Assembly (NCBI GenBank): GCA_000708835.1
Contig: DF236954.1
Span: 236,052-300,051 of the forward strand
Reading direction: 5' to 3'
Origin: Klebsormidium nitens
Lineage: Eukaryota; Plantae; Klebsormidiophyceae
Length of the DNA: 64,000 bases
Shown: piece after piece, positions 59,801 through 64,000 of the stretch
Numbering within the stretch: the stretch's first letter is position 1
Layout: the number at the start of each line of letters is the position of its first letter
The notes under the pieces: model-generated
What the model saw: only the letters and a program-made list of their open reading frames with translations
Database searches by the model: none
What the model was told of the DNA's origin: nothing
Translations under genes and position numbers: made by a program

Positions 59801-62800
59801 CAGCCGCCTCCGCTCCGGCGACCTTTTCCCCCGTCTCCAAGTCTTCGAAGTCGCCGAAAACTTCCTCGTCCGAGGCCTCGTTCTCTTCGTCGCCCTCGTT
59901 TTCCTCATCGCTGACGTCACCCTTCCGTCGCTTCTCCGCCTTCTCCCAGTCCCCCGTCACGAACCGGTCCCGCAGGCCCTCCAATACCTCCGGGTCCTCG
60001 TATTCCGCTAGCGCTCCGGATTCCAGCGGAAGCCGGGCGGAATCCTCCGCGTCCAGCTCCTCCATATCGTCCCCCCCTTTCCCGGGGGCCTTTTGCGCCC
60101 CCCTCCTCTTCGGCCGGAAGAAGTTCTCCTCGTCCGAACTCTCGCTCTCCTCCCCGCCCCTGGGTTCCGCCCCCCGCGAGCGCCCATAGACCAGCTCCAT
60201 CAAATTGACCTTCTTCGAGAAGGCTGACGTCATCTTCGCGAACAGCCCCTCCTTCCACTGCGCCGCGCCACCGCTCGTGCCCTCCATCCGATCCTCGCTG
60301 TCTTCGTCCGATCCTTCTGACGGCCCCGCCCTTTCAACTTCCGCCGACCGCAGAAGCGCAGACGGCCCTCCCGGCGGGGAGAGCGGGAGCACCAAGGTTT
60401 TCTGCCCCTGTTTCCGGATACCGTTCCCTTTCACTTCCGGCTTAGCACTTTCAGGCGCCTCTTTCCGTCCTCCCTGCCCATCTTCTTCGCTTTCAGACCC
60501 TTCGCCCTCGCTTTCCAGCTCTTCTTCATCAGAACCTTCCCTTTCAGAAACCCCCTCTTTCTCCTCCAAGTCTGCCCCTTCTTCACTGTCACTTTCCTCT
60601 TCCGGAGACCCACCACCCACGTCACCCGCCACGTCACCATCCGACTCGTCTTCAGACTCATCAATTTCATCCGACGCTTCACCTGCTCCCACACTCCCGT
60701 TACTTTCACTTCCTCGCACATGCCTCCCTCCCTGGAACCCCTCCATCTCCTCATCGGACTCCTCCGACTCTTCTGACTCTTCCAACCCGTTCTCGTCCCC
60801 TGCCGTTCCCGCCACGTCATCAAAGACCGCCCGCCTGCGCACCCGGCCCCCGACCTCCTCCTTCCGCTCCTTGGGAGCCGCCCTCTTGACCCCATTCACA
60901 CCGTTCCCATTCACACTCGTCGCCCCCACCCCAAGAACCGCCCGCTTTGACGGCCCTGCTTCCTCCATCTCGTCGTCCGAACCAGACGCTTCCTCGTCCG
61001 AACTGCCCTCTCCACCGTCCGAATCCTCTCCCGCCCCGGCCGAACGCCTCCTTCCAGCGTCCGTGTCCTCCTTTCCAGCGGCCAACCCGCGCAAATCGGC
61101 GTCCGAATCGCCCTCGCTGCCGTTTATATCCTCGCCCCCATCGTCCGACGCCCCCTGCTCATCGTCCGAATCGTCGGACGCGTCTTCTAGGTCCAGGTCT
61201 TGACTGTCGAGCCGCACGGCCTGCCCCCCCCTTAGCAGCGTTATCTCCCCCTGCTCTAGTTTCTCGTCGATGGTGTGCTTGGTGCCCTGCAGACTGCGGA
61301 CCATCGCGCCGCCTGGGTCCCTCTCCGCGATTTCTGGAGAACAAAGACGAAGGAAAGAGGTTGTCAACACAAGGCGTAGGACCACAAAGCTCCATAAATC
61401 TCGTCAGACAGCTTAATGAGCCAATAACGGGTCGGTTCGAGTGGCTTGGGTTGGCTTGGAAGGAAACAAAAATGGCCGCGACTTTTAGATTGTACATTCC
61501 ATGCACCCGTAATCTGGAGGAATGAAGATCAAGAATTTGTTCCGAACATTCGAACGTCCTTTGTTGGCCAACAATCGTGACCCTAGCTTGTCGAAGTCAG
61601 AGAACTTCCAGATACACTTATGCAACAATGCAAGCAGTTCACAGAATCTCGCAGTGTGCCTCGGGAGTGTCACCTCGGCCCCCAATGAAAGCTTTGCACT
61701 CCAGCACACGGATCGGCTCCATCAGGGGCGCAAGGCAAACTCACTGTTGCCATCGGATCATAGGCGTGCGACGAGGAACATGTTGCACCCGGCAGACGAG
61801 ATGGCCAAGGCTTAACAGAGAGTGTTTCCAGATAATATGGACTTGAAATATCGATCAACTGAAACAAGGTTCTGGCACCCGAGCTTTACTGCTGTCAAGG
61901 ACGATGTCAGCAATCCCTTGCGGTCATACAGGCCCCAAAGCCGCAATCAACTACAGTGAAACAGTTGAGGCTGCCTCTACCAGTTTTCGCAAGCTTTTTG
62001 GTGCCATAATCAGCCTCTACTTACTTCACCCACTTATCGAAGACAAAGGACCCCAGCAAGCATAAGACCTCAGCGGCCAACAGACACACAAGAGCAGAAG
62101 CAGAAACCCAACGAGAACCAAGGCTTATCGACCAAATAACACAGCAAAGTCGAACTCAATCTCACCTTCAATCGCCTGTTCTTCGCCCTCCTCCCCGCCT
62201 TCCCCCTCCCCCTTCTTGGAGTACTGCACCTGGTGCTCCGGAATATTGATATACACCGCGTCCTTGTCGTACAGCATTTCGCCGACGTCAGCCATCGGCG
62301 CATACAGCAGTTTCTCCTTCTCGTTCAGCCCCCGCTTCTTGAGCGTCGACGGCAGCGGGCACGGGTCCGGCAGTGCGCTCACGCCCGCGAGCCGCTGGTC
62401 GCCCACGCCCGCAATGTGTACCTGCACCGCGAAATTTAGGGACTTAAGTTCTATAACTTTGGAGTGTTGAAACTTTGGGAGCACGGGTCCGGCAGCGCGC
62501 TTACGCCCGCGAGCCGCTAGTCGCCGGCGCCCGCAATTTGCACCTGCCGCGCAGAACAAGGTCGAATTTGATTCGCAAACTACGGAAACTCCAACTGAAG
62601 CGAGTGCCCGAACTGCTTCGGCTTGCCGCCTGCTTATTGCAAAAAACCAAAGCGTCCCTTGTTTTCACCCAGAAACTCGATGTCGCCGTCGAAACCTGTG
62701 TTAGATGTGGATCTCCGGTCGTCTCTCGGGTCATTAATTTGAGAATACAAGCTTTTTACTTGACGGAACGTCCAAGGCAAACAAAAGCACTTGCGAAGTC

Positions 62801-63646
62801 CCGCAATCCAAAGCCGTCGTCAATGCCCGGGTATCAGGTCTCTTACCTTCAGGTTGGGCTTCAAGTTCGCTCCTCTCAGGTACCCGTACAGCGTAACCGA
62901 CCGGTCACACTTTGGGTTAGCCCTGATGGCCTCCGGATCCGTAACGTCCTCAAACCGGTCCGCAATTAGGTACGGGTGAGCGGAGCGCCACGTCAGCGGC
63001 CGAAACTTGGCCACCGAGATGAAGCGCGCCAGGTTTAGCGTCTCCCGCTTGGAGTACCTAAGGGATCAAATGGAGTGTTGATACAAGGCCTAGAGGCTTC
63101 GAATGAGCGTCTTGTCCAGTCTGAGCGTGATAGCCTGCTTAAGACGTCACACCGCTGAGAAAGTAAGTCTGGACCCGACAAGGACTAGGCACTATATGTT
63201 CGATGATCAAGATCGGGTCTGCGGAGCCCGAAAAGTAGAAGCCTTGCATACGTTTAACCCAATGCTTCATAGTGATGCGACTCGCCCTTCTCTGCTGATG
63301 GAAGCTGCGTACGATATATCATCAGGTCTGCCCGCAGAAAGCTTGATGTAATGGTCTGCATGCAGCCGAAAGCAACCCTCTGGTTCAAGCCTCGCATCAA
63401 CCTGGAATGAACAATCTAATGACCTTTCTCCGTCCTCACGTTAGTGTGAAAAACGCCAAACTAGCTGCTCTTATGCAACTCCTACCTGCCGTGGACGAGC
63501 CCGCTGAGGTAGAAGAGCTTGGCCCCGTCGTAGATCTCGGTCCAGAAGCGCTGCTTGAGCCGCTTCTTGGTCTTGCGTAGCCGCTTCGGGTCCTTGAAGT
63601 GGTCCAGGTGCGTCAGAACGCCCATCACCTTGGGGAAACCGTGAAC
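53867..63646 (-). CDS. BMS1: Ribosome biogenesis GTPase BMS1 (5'-partial; N-terminal exons lie beyond the window)
   Basis: Exons 63646-63486, 63057-62847, 62421-62166, 61333-59523, 58989-58843, 58278-58098, 56980-56826, 56379-56257, 55812-55582, 55088-54967, 54152-53867; phases are consistent, also across the N gap. Motifs: [94 protein letters not shown]...[95 protein letters not shown]. Confidence 0.97.
54243..54372 (-). repeat. Intronic echo of the BMS1 last-exon start with an intact acceptor
   Basis: tgtcag|G CGG CAC GCG GTG GTG ATG GAG ... TAT ACG CTT GTC CAG CAG CTC AAC versus the used ccag|G CGC CGC GCG GTG GTT ATG GAG ... TAC ACG CTG GTC CAG CAG CTG AAC. Confidence 0.85.
57046..57661. 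other. Assembly gap (N run) inside a BMS1 intron
   Basis: 616 Ns. The flanking exons join in frame (FYG-PLAPP), so no coding exon needs to lie in the gap. Confidence 1.
58363..58423 (-). repeat. Intronic echo of a BMS1 exon start with a dead acceptor
   Basis: gacat|ATGCGTGCGAAGAAGCACAATAGGGCCGCAGGGTGCTC versus the used ggcag|GTGCGTGTCAAGAAGCACCGTTGGGCTCGCAGGGTGCTC (exon starting at 58278). Confidence 0.75.
62481..62546 (-). repeat. Intronic echo of a BMS1 exon start with an intact acceptor and an in-frame stop
   Basis: 63-nt copy (122-bp period) of 62421-62359, preceded by CAG; codon 9 is TAG instead of CAG. Confidence 0.9.
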
Positions 63647-64000
63647 CTGCAGCAGAAAGTTCGGAGTGTTAAACACGTCCCAGGGGCAAATTTAAACACC
63701 TCCGCTTGACTTTTATTTTCTGGGGTTGCACCAAAGGAAAAAATGCCCGTCCCAATACTTGAAAGTGCTCATGCGGAGAGCTCCCCAAGCGAACTGTGCC
63801 ATAACGGAAATCCGGGCTGCTCGTGTCCCTGTCTTTGGCGTCAGAAGACCGTTGACATTTCTAAGGGTCCCCCTCAAAGTCTGCTCGATCATCGCCAAGG
63901 TGGCATCGTTCAATCACGCTTCGAGTGATAAAATTCCAGAGGAAGTCAGGACTGCCCTGGCAGAGATTCAAGGAAGGCACTGAGATCAGGAGACCGTTCA

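Noticed and set aside
60205-61203. Long antisense ORFs opposite GC-rich exons (for example 60205-61203+, 22645-23247+, 21165-21764+, 18645-19319+)
   Set aside because: They are shadows of low-complexity, GC-biased coding exons on the other strand and have no independent motifs.
1-64000. CRISPR arrays, operons, rRNA, giant-virus or bacterial HGT genes
   Set aside because: No repeat-spacer arrays, rRNA-like sequence or intronless prokaryote/virus-like ORF clusters were seen; all identified genes are spliced eukaryotic genes.

Overview
Intron-rich eukaryotic genomic DNA. Gene content, GC-rich exons and intron style suggest a streptophyte alga (Klebsormidium-like); this is inference, not proven. 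Five spliced genes were rebuilt by hand, all with GT-AG introns and consistent exon phases: a PLATZ transcription factor (-), cryptochrome DASH/CRY3 with a long organellar presequence and an RGG tail (+), a CLASSY/DRD1-type SNF2 remodeler with an N-terminal SAWADEE-like domain (-), a PARL-like mitochondrial rhomboid protease (-), and BMS1 (-, 5' end outside the window). The ~22 kb from 31.3 to 53.8 kb has no recognisable gene. It holds two pairs of old diverged direct repeats, a hAT-like MITE carrying a tRNA-like Pol III A/B box, and a mini-element with a TTAGGG-rich G-quadruplex-type core that recurs in a different MITE inside the CLSY last intron. The most striking pattern is that four of the five genes carry degenerate tandem 'echoes' of an exon edge, usually with its splice site, in the neighbouring intron. 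Some echoes are dead; others predict a poison acceptor, an in-frame insertion or an alternative last exon. There are two N gaps. No prokaryotic-type system, CRISPR array, rRNA or intact tRNA was seen.
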